Assembly (NCBI GenBank): GCA_031364405.1
Contig: JANLWG010000137.1
Span: 1 to 50,387, forward strand
DNA: 50,387 bases
Origin: Hyphomicrobiales bacterium
GTDB lineage: Bacteria > Pseudomonadota > Alphaproteobacteria > Rhizobiales > Aestuariivirgaceae
Direction: 5' to 3'
In this document: piece by piece, positions 39,065 through 48,615 of the stretch
Layout of the letters: each line of letters begins with the position of its first letter
How positions within the stretch are numbered: the stretch's first letter is position 1
Made by a program: the position numbers and the translations under genes
Notes under the pieces: model-generated
Told to the model about the DNA's origin: nothing
Seen by the model: only the letters and a program-made list of their open reading frames with translations
The model's database searches: none

Positions 39065-41040
39065 ACTTCCATCGCGGCTACTGGTTTTGCCGCAATAGCA
39101 CCTGCATCTTTCGCGGCCAGGACCAGGCAATAAGTGACCGCCTCCTGCAGTGATCTCACCCTGCTGTCGACCGCAACGCTGCCGACGATGCCCATGTGCT
39201 GGACATCTGTTTCATCGTGCTTCCAGAACCCGCCCAGCAAACTCACGCCAGGCAGAATGCGGCGTAAACGGCGGACGAGGAACTTCAAGTAGGCTCCGCG
39301 ATGTTCGACATCCAATATGGAAATGCAAACGATCTTGACGCCGAAGATTTCATCGCCTTGCATTTGGGCGGAGGACACATCCGTCATGCCCATCAGCTTC
39401 GGGTTGAAGCCCTGATGCCGAAGAAGTTGCACGAGTATGATCGCGGCTAGCTCGTCGAGTGCTGATTGTCCGGCCACGCAGGTGACGGCGCCTTCCGCGC
39501 GCCAGGCTTCGGAAAGCTCGGCAGCGGCGCCAAGGGTTTCCTTGCCATATTCTGCCAATTGGTCGGTCAACGCATCGATCATGCTGAGAGCGGCATCGCG
39601 GATATCAGGGAGGCGCGACAGCTCCAGCTTTTTCAGGTCGGCATCGGTTTGCGCGAGCCGCAGTGCTTCCATCACGACGCCATCGTAATAGTCGATCAGT
39701 GTCATGTCTTTCAGAAGTATTTCCGCCTGCTCGGTCGCCTCGTGCGGATCATCCGCCAGCATCCGCTGATAGAAGCTTTCGGCCGGTGTCAGCGGCGGCG
39801 CATCGCCGAGCAGAACGTGCAGGAAGTTCAATCCTTCGACATGGCGGCCCAATACAACCAGTACCGCCGTCAGCGGCACCGCCAGCAACAGACCGATAGG
39901 TCCCCACAGCAGCGTCCAGAATGCCGCTGCCAGCAAAATGGCGAGTGACGACAGCCCGGTCGAGGAACTTTGCAGCAGCGGCTCCACCACGACATTCATG
40001 ACGCCTTCGGCTGCGAGATAAAGTGCCACGACCGCGCCTAGCATGAACCAGCCGGGATCGACAGCCGCCGCCAGGACCAACGGGATGCCTGCGGCAATGA
40101 ACACGCCCACCATTGGCATAAAACGCATCAGCATCGTCAGAATGCCCCACAACACCGGATTGGGAATTCCGATAAGCCAAAGGCCGATGCCGATGGCGGC
40201 GCCAAAGCCGGCATTCATAAGAACCAAGGTTAGAAAATAGGAACTTAGGCGCCGGCCGGCGTCATCGAGGGCGATCGTGGTTCTCTCCAGATCATGGGTT
40301 CCCAAAAGCCGTATGGCGCGATCGCGAACGTCTTTCTGTTTCAGAAGCAGAAAGATGACGAAGACAATGATGATGCCTGCTGTCGCAACCGGCGACAGGA
40401 CGACAGAAATGATCGATTCTATTTGCTGAAGAGCAGTCAGCGGCGGCGGATGGACTTCCACCGGGATGGGATTGATTTCGCCCGGTTTGAGTTCGCCTGC
40501 GCCGCGCGGCTGCAATGTGGACTGGTTATCGGCGCTGCCTTTCTCAAGTTCCTTTTGAAGATCCCGCAAGGTGTTGCTGGCGCGATCGATTGCCCCGCCT
40601 TTTCCACCGGTGAAATTGTTGATGGCTCTTACTTTTTCTTTCAGCGCCACCTGGTAGCGCGGAAGTTCCGTGCCGAGTTCGGTCACCTGCGTGGTGACGA
40701 TCGCCCCAAACATGAAAATGATCGCAAAGGCCAGGAGAACCGTCGCTGTCACGGCAAGCCACTGGGAGACGTAGGACCGCCGCAGAAACTTGACGACTGG
40801 TGACAGCGAAAACGCAAGCAGAACCGAGATCGCCAGCGGCACGAAAAGCTCGCTGCCGAAATACAGCGCCGCGATGACGATGACTCCGACAACTGATTTC
40901 TCGAGCATTGAGCCGCCAGCCATTGCACCGTATCCAGGTTTTCTCACTGGCAGGATTTCGTGGCCAGTGTGGTGCACTGACGTACTTCGGTGAACCGGCG
41001 CCGGCTCGATTCGCGCCGCGAATGCCCATGGTATTTTCAT
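39040..41040 (-). CDS. Long-form AI-2E family transporter with a cytoplasmic C-terminal extension
   Basis: AI-2E TM core (FWTLLWGPIGLLLAVPLT..LVVLGRH) followed by a FYQRMLA.D domain. Start uncertain. Confidence 0.85.
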   Translation of the reverse strand: MKIPWAFAARIEPAPVHRSTSVHHTGHEILPVRKPGYGAMAGGSMLEKSVVGVIVIAALYFGSELFVPLAISVLLAFSLSPVVKFLRRSYVSQWLAVTATVLLAFAIIFMFGAIVTTQVTELGTELPRYQVALKEKVRAINNFTGGKGGAIDRASNTLRDLQKELEKGSADNQSTLQPRGAGELKPGEINPIPVEVHPPPLTALQQIESIISVVLSPVATAGIIIVFVIFLLLKQKDVRDRAIRLLGTHDLERTTIALDDAGRRLSSYFLTLVLMNAGFGAAIGIGLWLIGIPNPVLWGILTMLMRFMPMVGVFIAAGIPLVLAAAVDPGWFMLGAVVALYLAAEGVMNVVVEPLLQSSSTGLSSLAILLAAAFWTLLWGPIGLLLAVPLTAVLVVLGRHVEGLNFLHVLLGDAPPLTPAESFYQRMLADDPHEATEQAEILLKDMTLIDYYDGVVMEALRLAQTDADLKKLELSRLPDIRDAALSMIDALTDQLAEYGKETLGAAAELSEAWRAEGAVTCVAGQSALDELAAIILVQLLRHQGFNPKLMGMTDVSSAQMQGDEIFGVKIVCISILDVEHRGAYLKFLVRRLRRILPGVSLLGGFWKHDETDVQHMGIVGSVAVDSRVRSLQEAVTYCLVLAAKDAGAIAAKPVAAMEVQDIGVAL

Positions 41041-41216
41041 TCAAGAAAGCCCGTCACTTGGCTTCTTGTTCGAGTGGGGGCGCCGATGCTCAGGCTCGCG
41101 GTCGAGACAATGCCGACATTGGCTCCAAGCAAAGCAGCTCTCAACCAGCCGATACGAGCGACGACATGACTTTCCGCATGCAGGTGAAGGTGGCTCATCC
41201 GATTTCACAATGCAGA

Positions 41217-41381
41217 TCAAATCTTTCCAAGCAACATCAGAATGACTATGATAATCAAGATAGTGCCGAGCGCACCGACGCCGCCGTGACCGAAACCATA
41301 ACCATATCCGCCGAAGCGGCCGCTGAAGCCTCCGAGCAGGAATATGACGAGGATGATAACGAGAATTGTACCGAGCGACAT
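41217..41381 (-). CDS. Second DUF3309-like small membrane protein (54 aa, absent from the ORF track)
   Basis: MSLGTILVIILVIFLLGGFSGRFGGYGYGFGHGGVGALGTILIIIVILMLLGKI with a GGGAG RBS. GGAAC-N17-CGTG at 41410-41435. Confidence 0.85.
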   Translation of the reverse strand: MSLGTILVIILVIFLLGGFSGRFGGYGYGFGHGGVGALGTILIIIVILMLLGKI

Positions 41382-41457
41382 GACTTCATCTCCCTTGTTA
41401 GAGTGGCCCCACGTAAGTTGACCGGGTCGAGTTCCAGATTGAGTTAAACAACAACTC

Positions 41458-41871
41458 CTATTTGTATTTTGACATTGACCCGGCCATCAGGTAGCCGGCA
41501 AGCGCCAATAGTCCGACAGAGGCAATGCCGCCCGGAAAACCTCCTTTCGCGACAGCCGCGACGGCTGCAACAGGTGCCAGTATAGGTATCGCCGCAACGC
41601 GCCTGCGGCGGCGTCGCATCAACAGTAACACCAAAAAACCAATCAGGCCAACCACTGCATAGATCCCTGCGATGATCACGCATGCCAAAATGGTGGTGAA
41701 TGCCCCCGCAAGATGCAAGAACCCCGCAGCGGTAAAGAAAGCTAACGCGACAGCACCGAGGACGGTCAGAACGCCATAGGCCGCAGCGCCTAACAGTGTC
41801 TGATTCACTGCATCACCAATACGGCGCCTGACCGGGGCCAAACTCGCCGTTAGCAATAGCGGGTTCATCAT
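41458..41871 (-). CDS. Membrane protein coupled to the DUF883 gene
   Basis: Two to three TM helices; overlaps the stop codon of the upstream gene. Confidence 0.7.
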   Translation of the reverse strand: MMNPLLLTASLAPVRRRIGDAVNQTLLGAAAYGVLTVLGAVALAFFTAAGFLHLAGAFTTILACVIIAGIYAVVGLIGFLVLLLMRRRRRRVAAIPILAPVAAVAAVAKGGFPGGIASVGLLALAGYLMAGSMSKYK

Positions 41872-42215
41872 TGACGCCGGCTGAGAAGGCCTACGGCGAA
41901 ACCCAAGCCAAGGGCCGCGAAAACTGCCGTCATCGGATTGCGAGCGATCTGCGATTCAAGCTGACCCGCAGTGGCATGGGCGGTGTCAATCGCATCTTGG
42001 CCGATCTTTGCCGCATCCTGATAGACCTGTTGTCCAGCGGCGTTGGCCTTGCGGGCTGCTCTGCTGGCGGTATCGCTCAACTGCGATTGAGCGCTCGCGG
42101 CACTTTCCGAGGCAAGCCTCGTCACCGTCTCCGACAGTGAAACAAAATCAGCCCGCAGACGTTCGAGGTGCTGGCCGATATCGTCCGGATTCTTGATACT
42201 CGAAATGCTCGCCAT
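41868..42215 (-). CDS. DUF883/ElaB/YqjD-family tail-anchored protein
   Basis: Coiled-coil body and the C-terminal anchor IARNPMTAVFAALGLGFAVGLLSRR. AAGGAG RBS. GGAAC-N16-AGTT at 42368-42392. Confidence 0.85.
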   Translation of the reverse strand: MASISSIKNPDDIGQHLERLRADFVSLSETVTRLASESAASAQSQLSDTASRAARKANAAGQQVYQDAAKIGQDAIDTAHATAGQLESQIARNPMTAVFAALGLGFAVGLLSRRQ

Positions 42216-42479
42216 CGTGTTCTCCTTTGTCTTTGCAATTACTACGGCCATATAAACAGCGGTTGATCGCACTTCTCACGAGTTGGGTTCGCGTGGCCGC
42301 AGTTTCCATGGGAAATCAGTTTATGCTGTGTCGACTGGCGCCAGGAATTGCCTGGCGCCGATACTATAACTCCTTACATGGGCGATGGTTCCAACGCCGT
42401 TAGAGTTTGGCGCAAATTATCGCACTCGAGGAAAGACCTATTAAAGGCATTCAGTGTCAAGCAGCCACGTGAACCGCTC

Positions 42480-42690
42480 CGGGATTGCCGGACAAATCGT
42501 GCGCGGCGCAGGATTTGGAATCATCGGCGCCTGGGTCGGGAACTGGTTGCTTCCTCAAGTGGGAGTCCCTCTTGGCTCTGGTCTTGTTGGGGAGATTGTC
42601 AACGCAACCATCGGCGCAGTGAGACTATTGCTCATCATTCGTCTCGTTCGCGGCGGAGGCAGTTCGCATTGGAGTTGGCGGAGACGCTGA
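42480..42690 (+). pseudogene. GlsB/YeaQ/YmgE (transglycosylase-associated) stress membrane protein remnant
   Basis: IAGQIVRGAGFGIIG...GNWLLPQVG...IVNATIGAV.LLLIIRLV, lacking the first TM helix and an internal segment. Confidence 0.65.
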
Positions 42691-43515
42691 TGAGTCAACG
42701 CTTGCAGGTCCGGCGGTATCGGAAATAGATAAGCGTCGCCGACGATAATCCCGGCCGCACCGAACAACCGGAGTGTCCCGTTTCCCGATGCTATCGTTAC
42801 CAACTATTTGCATGTACTCCGCCTGCCACGTAGCGCCTAGACTTGGGAGACGGAATTTCGCCCATCGTCGAAAAGTTCTGATCGGATTGATTGAAGTGGG
42901 GCCGTGACTGCAGCGGGCAGAATCGGAACTGTGCTTCTCGGACTTCTGCTGGTGGAGTCGTTGGCGGCGGACTTGGAGTGCTGGACCGTTTGATCTATTC
43001 CGAATTCGCTCAAAGCTCTTGGTTCGCAGGTTACTCAGGATTCGTGGTGGATTACTGGATGCTCGGTGGCATTGTTCTCGGGCCGATTGCCGGGTTGGTC
43101 GTGGGACTCCGCATCGACGCGACACTGGCAAAGGCCGATGATCCAAATCAGTTGACTATTGTAGCTGGTGGGCATGGCATGAACCGCATCCCTATCGAGC
43201 TCCAGTGCAAGTCGCCGCGGAACCAAATGGCCGCTTGCTGTGTTGATCCACCAGAAATGAGGAACACTCCGATGAAAACAACAGCCATCGACCTCGTGGC
43301 CGTCGGAATGGATCAGTGGATGCGGTGGCGTCAGTTGGTGAGTCGATTAAGGAGCGGAACGTCACGGTAATTTACAAGCGTACCGGCTATGAAATTACCG
43401 GCAACAGACTTACTACAGGCCTTTAGCCGAATGCAAAAGCGTGCCCGTCCTGACGTGCTCGCGTTTGCCAATTAGAAGCATTCAACCGCAAAAATCAGAA
43501 ACTGGAGTAGAGCAC

Positions 43516-44007
43516 TTGACAAATGTATTCTCTTTGAAATCCCTTGCCGTCCTTGCAACTCTGAGCGTTGCCGCGCTAGCCACTACAAGCGCAGCGGTGA
43601 TAGCCAAGTCGGGCACCAACATCGGCGCGCTGAATTGCGTCATTGAGCCAGGCATTGGACTTATCATTGGCTCGTCCAAGGAAATCTCGTGTACCTTCAA
43701 GCCTTCGAATGGCAAGAGCCAGCGTTACGGGGGATCGATCACCAAGCTGGGCATCGATATAGGTATCACTGGAGAAAGTTACGTGACATGGCTCGTCTTC
43801 GCGCCGGGTTCAGTCAATCGCGGTGCTTTGGCCGGTGATTACGGTGGTGCATCGGCGCAGGCAACAGTCGTGCTTGGCCTTGGCGCCAACGTTCTCGTCG
43901 GAGGTCTCGACAAGTCGATCACCCTCCAGCCCCTTAGTGTGCAGGGGCAATCTGGCTTGAATGTTGCGGTCGGCATCGCTGGTCTGAAGCTCAAATACAA
44001 GAAATAG
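43516..44007 (+). CDS. DUF992-family secreted protein
   Basis: Signal peptide; G.L.C....G.IIGSS...C.F, Y.G.I.KLG.DIG, GLGANVLVGG and LQPLSVQGQ.GLNVA.G. Confidence 0.88.
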   Translation: MTNVFSLKSLAVLATLSVAALATTSAAVIAKSGTNIGALNCVIEPGIGLIIGSSKEISCTFKPSNGKSQRYGGSITKLGIDIGITGESYVTWLVFAPGSVNRGALAGDYGGASAQATVVLGLGANVLVGGLDKSITLQPLSVQGQSGLNVAVGIAGLKLKYKK

Positions 44008-44022
44008 ACCAAACCGGATGCT

Positions 44023-44047
44023 GGAACCATTTCAGCGTTGGGCCGTT
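44023..44047 (+). promoter_or_regulatory. EcfG promoter driving a non-coding transcript
   Basis: GGAAC-N16-CGTT immediately after the DUF992 stop codon. Confidence 0.75.
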
Positions 44048-44052
44048 AATTG

Positions 44053-44153
44053 AGAATAGGCGGCTTGGAAATTGCTCCCCCCACTCCTGCAATCCCCGCC
44101 AAGCTGACTATTTACTGCCCCAGTTGCTCGCCCCCGAGCGCTGGGGCTTTTTC
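44053..44153 (+). ncRNA. Candidate EcfG-dependent small RNA with C-rich loops
   Basis: Promoter, then a long hairpin (44055-44112) with a C-rich loop, then a terminator hairpin GCCCCAG...CTGGGGC followed by TTTTT. Confidence 0.65.
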
Positions 44154-44322
44154 TTACCCTAAGCCGCCGTGCGTCTTAGCCCGAGAAGAGAGCCATTCCG
44201 ATGCCTTGAAGAAAAACACACTCACCGCTCCAAATTTACTTCAGACAATGCGAAACGATCCGGAAGTATTTGGATGCCATCGCTTGATGGCGTTCTTCGC
44301 AAGGATGTGAGACTGAAGGACC

Positions 44323-45324
44323 CTAAAGCACGAAATCGCCGGCAATGAGTGTGAAGTGGCCGGTTAAGACAATTTGAAATTCCGCCAGCTGGTCGCTATC
44401 CAAATTGCCGGAAACGATGGTGTTGCCGCCAGCATAAGCATAACGCAGCTGACCGGGAGTTGAAAAATCGGCATCACCGATCCAGATGAAGGCCTGGTTG
44501 CCGGGCAGATCGGGGCGTGCGTCAATGGCAGCAAGGTTTATCAAGTCAATATCAGGCTGAAAATCACGGATGCTGTCACGATTGGCATTGGCGGGGGATT
44601 CTGCGGCGCTGGCAAAGATGAACGCATCATATCCTTGGCCGCCAGTGAGAACGTCGCGCCCCGCTCCGCCGCGAAGATCGTCATTGCCAGCGCCTCCGAT
44701 CAACCGGTCATTTCCGCCATTCCCCGATAATACGTCAGAGCCATTGCCGCCAAGCAAGCTGTCATTACCCGCGGCGCCGTTCAGAACGTCATTGTACCGC
44801 GAACCAAACATCGTGTCGGCGTAGGCCGTACCCGTCTGGTTCGTTGCCCCGGAGTCTGAGTAGATGAAATCCGAGGCGATAAGATCCGGTGCGGCGACCC
44901 AATCTATCGTCAGGAAATGATTGTAGCCATTGTAGAAGGCATTGAACCATGCGCTGCCGGTGTCGTCAGTGTTGATCAGCGCCTTGATCTGACTGAAGTC
45001 GCTGATTCCCCAGGCGCTTACATCAATCCTGTCAATATCGAATTGAAAGTCGCCAATCCAATCGTCACTCGCAGCACCGGCCCGCGCGCTCATAATAAAC
45101 CAGTCGGCACCGCCGCCGCCCCAAAGGTCATTGATGCCATTTCCGCCGAAAAGGTTATCCTGACCAGCATCACCGTAGATGACATCGTTGCCAGCGCCGC
45201 CATAAATGTCATCATTTCCGGAGTAGCCAAAAATCACATCATCGCCGCCATAACCGAATATGACGTCGCTGTTGTTTGTGCCATCAATGTATTCGGAAAA
45301 ATTGGTTCCGTAGATTGTAGCCAT
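44323..45324 (-). CDS. RTX (GGxGxD) Ca2+-binding protein with a serralysin-like C-terminal domain
   Basis: Two blocks of GGxGND nonapeptides; C-terminal D.I.DF...D.I.L..IDA......NQAF..IG...F...GQLRY. No HExxH motif. Confidence 0.85.
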   Translation of the reverse strand: MATIYGTNFSEYIDGTNNSDVIFGYGGDDVIFGYSGNDDIYGGAGNDVIYGDAGQDNLFGGNGINDLWGGGGADWFIMSARAGAASDDWIGDFQFDIDRIDVSAWGISDFSQIKALINTDDTGSAWFNAFYNGYNHFLTIDWVAAPDLIASDFIYSDSGATNQTGTAYADTMFGSRYNDVLNGAAGNDSLLGGNGSDVLSGNGGNDRLIGGAGNDDLRGGAGRDVLTGGQGYDAFIFASAAESPANANRDSIRDFQPDIDLINLAAIDARPDLPGNQAFIWIGDADFSTPGQLRYAYAGGNTIVSGNLDSDQLAEFQIVLTGHFTLIAGDFVL

Positions 45325-45380
45325 GTCAAATTGATCCCTGTTCACTGTCTCGCGAGGGTTTAGATACTCTGTTTCAGACG

Positions 45381-45884
45381 CTAATACGGACTGCGGCAGA
45401 AGTGGCGGTGTCCGTCATAACCGAGGTAGGTGTCGCTGCGCGGGTCATAGCTGCGGTAACGATTGAGACACCACCGCACATGGCCGCCACCGCCGTAGTT
45501 GTCATAGCCATAGTCGTCATAGCCAAAGCCAAAGAAAGGCACCCCAAAGCCGATCCAAGACGACCCGTAGCCATATCCACCACCATAACCATAGTACGGA
45601 TATCTGCGGTAGGGATACCGGTTGCCGTAATATCGCCCACGATAGTGATTGTACCCATGTCTGCGGTAGGAATATTGGTCACCGTTATAGCGCCGAATGT
45701 ACCTTCGACGCTCGCTCCGGTAGGTGGCATCAACCAAGAGGTTTGAATTCTCCGCATTAGCTTCCGGGCTTGTCTGGCCGACCCGCGCAAGCGGAAGGGC
45801 AGACGCCGTATTGGCCATCTCCGGCACAACCAGAGCGGCAACCATGACCGCGAATATCGCCGCCTTGAATTTTACACCGGGCAT
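45381..45884 (-). CDS. BA14K-family protein
   Basis: Signal peptide, a Tyr/Gly/Arg-rich middle, and C-terminal HVRWC..RYRSYDPRSDTYLGYDG.RH.C. GGAAC-N16-CGTT at 45983-46007. Confidence 0.92.
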   Translation of the reverse strand: MPGVKFKAAIFAVMVAALVVPEMANTASALPLARVGQTSPEANAENSNLLVDATYRSERRRYIRRYNGDQYSYRRHGYNHYRGRYYGNRYPYRRYPYYGYGGGYGYGSSWIGFGVPFFGFGYDDYGYDNYGGGGHVRWCLNRYRSYDPRSDTYLGYDGHRHFCRSPY

Positions 45885-46484
45885 TTTGAGTTCTCCAACT
45901 TACATGAAGTGTGAGTAATCCGAAATTGTGCCGACACGGTGGCAATTTCTTGGGTCACCTGGACAGATACATCTCGACACTCAACGCGCGATGGTGGTGA
46001 AGGTTCCATGCAGCCCCGGATGAGCGGGGAGACTGCATAGCTTGGTTCTCCGAAAATGCGGAAATTTGGTGGGGGCGGACAAGCGAAGCGTGATGCAGGA
46101 ATGGCATTCGTGCAGGTGCTCTTGTCTGCAACGGCTGTAGCACTGGTTGTAAAATTATTTCCAAGGATGACCCCCGCCTGAAAACATCGTAAGCAGCTGA
46201 TTTTGAATGCCTATCTACCTTCCAAGCGGGATCATGTTTTGCGCGAAACGTGATCCCTCTGGAATCGCCGTTTGTTCAATGAACGTGGTAGGTTAGAAAA
46301 CTTCTTGCTGGGGTCATTGTTCGGGGCGTTTTCACGGCCATCTGCATATGGCGCAATCGCGGCCTCTAGAATCAACTCTTCGATAGTCACTTGTTGACTC
46401 AAAGCGAGTTTCCGTAAACTCTTAGGTGTGCACGGGACCTTAGATGCTGGTTTCGAGACGAAAGTGAAAAAGGATTACGAGACG

Positions 46485-46631
46485 ATGAAACGCAACGTTC
46501 TCTACCTCATCTCCGGCGCGGTCGGCGTCGCCGCCCTGATATTGGGCTATCAATTCTATCAGGACCGGCAGAACTCTAGTGGCGTCGAAATCAACATCGA
46601 TGACAACGGCATTTCCATCCAGAAAAAATAA
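46485..46631 (+). CDS. Small single-TM hypothetical protein (48 aa)
   Basis: MKRNVLYLISGAVGVAALILGYQFYQ...GVEINIDDNGISIQKK, with AAGGA upstream. Confidence 0.7.
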   Translation: MKRNVLYLISGAVGVAALILGYQFYQDRQNSSGVEINIDDNGISIQKK

Positions 46632-46949
46632 TTCTGCTTTGGCCCAACACGCATGATCGCATGCTGTCGCAATTCGTCTGCATTCACGGGGTAAGCGGAT
46701 TCCAACAGACGAAGTGGAGTCCAGGCGCCGCTGCCTTTGCCTGAGATGCATCCGATCCAGACCAGGTGGCCCGTCTTTTTCAGGATGTCAAAAGCAAGAT
46801 CGGCTCGCCAGGTGTGGTTGTCTCCAATGCCAACTCCCGGTCTCGTGGCCCCCGTGTCTCATTGGATGTTGGGGAGGTGGAACAAGCTATCAATGTGAGC
46901 GCACATCAACAACATGCTGCCCATCCACTTTCGTGAACCATTTCCTGAA

Positions 46950-47210
46950 AGCACCCCGGCATTGATCAGCGCGATGCCTCGCATCGCCTGCGGGGCGTCA
47001 ACAACCGGGCGCTGGTTCCACTCGGGGAGGAAGTTAAATATCTGTTCCTCGACTCGCTGCAGGCGCCGTTCCGCATCCATGACGGCATCGACATAGTCTT
47101 GAAATGTGATCTGTTGGGCGGGATGTTCAAACGCCAAAGTCGAGAGCCACCGACGGTAAGCCATTCGCCATGCCGTCCCACGTTCGTGCCTGCGGTCGAG
47201 TGCTGCGAGT
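46950..47210 (-). mobile_element. IS110-family transposase internal fragment
   Basis: AYRRWL..L.FEHPAQQI.FQDY..AV..AE.RL......LPEW...PVV.A.QAMRG resembles IS110 transposases. No ends are recognisable. Confidence 0.65.
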
Positions 47211-47314
47211 GGTACCTTTAACTGTTCCTCTCGCAGCTTCGGGCGGAAGGCGGACTGATGCGGTCGCGGCAGCGTTCCCACAGCATTCGGCCAAAACGGA
47301 CTCTAAAGCGGACT

Positions 47315-48300
47315 CTAATGTGCGTCCGCGGCGATTCCGAGCTGCTGGCGATAGGCGGCAGGCGGCAAATCGGTCAGCTTCTGGAACAGTTTGCGAAACG
47401 CGGCGGGATCGGCGTAGCCGACATCCCATGCGATGCGGTCCACTGGCGTCAGCGTCCGCTCCAACGCCTGACGCGCCTTGGCGATACGAACCTGCTGGAT
47501 GTATTCGACCGGCCGGAATCCGGTGGCCGCGCTGAATCGGCGCACGAATGTGCGGCCCGTCATCCCGGCGGCAGATTGAAGTTCGGCCACACCGCGCAAG
47601 GTTGCCGCATGTGCATGGATGTGATGCTGACTTTGCCGGATCGCGTCGGCGCCATGATCAAAGCGCGGGATAAACGGCGCGAAGGGGCGCTGGCTTTGGC
47701 GCGGCGGCTCGATCGGCAGAAACCGAGCCGTGGCCAGCATGGTCGAGGGGCCGAGCAAGCGGCCCACCAGCGTCGGACCAAGGTCGACCCATGCAAGGAT
47801 GCCGCCGGCGGTCATGATGTCGCCCTCATCCAGCACCATGTGTTCCGCGGCCAGGTACACCTTCGGAAAGCGCTTTGCCAGCTGCCGCGCAAAGGCCCAG
47901 TGTGCCGTGGCGCGGCGACCGTCCATCAACCCGGTTTCCGCCCGAACGAAGGCCCCGGCATAGACCGAACAAATGGTTGCCCCCCCCGGAATGCTGTTCG
48001 CGCAACCAACGCGCGGCCGCAGGCGCGGGGGCCATGCGCTCGGGCATGATGATGCTGGGTGGCGCGATGACATGGCTCAGTCAGTGCGGGGTGTCGGGAT
48101 GGCTGTCCCAGGTGCAGGTGACGCCCTCGGCTGTCGCCTGCCAGTTCGAGACGCGGATGCCGCGCGGTGGATCCCCGGTCCATTCGCCAGAGATGCGGAA
48201 CAGTCGGTCAGCCCGTAGATCGCCGCAAGCTGGCAATCGGGGTAAATCAGCAGGCCGATTTCGGTCGCGAGATCGGATTTGCGGGTCGTTGTCCGTTTTG
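47315..48300 (-). pseudogene. GlxA-family (DJ-1/PfpI plus AraC) regulator, frameshifted
   Basis: The N-terminus EIGLLIYPDCQLAAIYGLTD is in a different frame from GLMDGRRATAHW, TAGG and the AraC C-terminus IAWDVGYAD..AFRKLF. Confidence 0.8.
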
Positions 48301-48615
48301 CCCCGTTCAATCTGATGGTTGCTGTACCTTACAAAATCCACACAGTTCTCACCGATAACGGCATTCAGTTCACCACCCCAGGTGCCGGCGGGTCAGCCGT
48401 GCCGCTCATCAAGCAGGCAACGGTTCATCGCTTTCACCATGAGAGCCACAACCAGCTGCGCCAACACCTCACAGACTTCGTCAACGCATACAACTTCGCC
48501 AGACGCCTCAAGACCCTCAACGGTCTCACGCCTTACGAGTTCATCTGCAAATGCTGGACAAATCAGCCAGCCAGATTCAATCTAAATCCAATCCACCAAA
48601 TGCCGGGACTGAACA
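48300..48615 (+). mobile_element. IS481-family element right-end remnant
   Basis: VPYKIHTVLTDNGIQFT...AYNFARRLKTL.GLTPYEFICK.W..P..F...P.HQMPGLN with an internal deletion. Ends in ...ACA followed by GCTAGT. Confidence 0.85.

Noticed and set aside
42891-43370. 159-aa ORF
   Set aside because: It spans an internal promoter and RBS and looks like a patchwork of remnants. No family was recognised.
44050-44310. 86-aa ORF over the candidate sRNA
   Set aside because: TTG start without an RBS, runs through a terminator, and has non-protein-like composition.
46228-46257. 12-bp hairpin GGGATCATGTTT/AAACGTGATCCC in a long intergenic region
   Set aside because: No U-tract, promoter or repeat copy supports a function.
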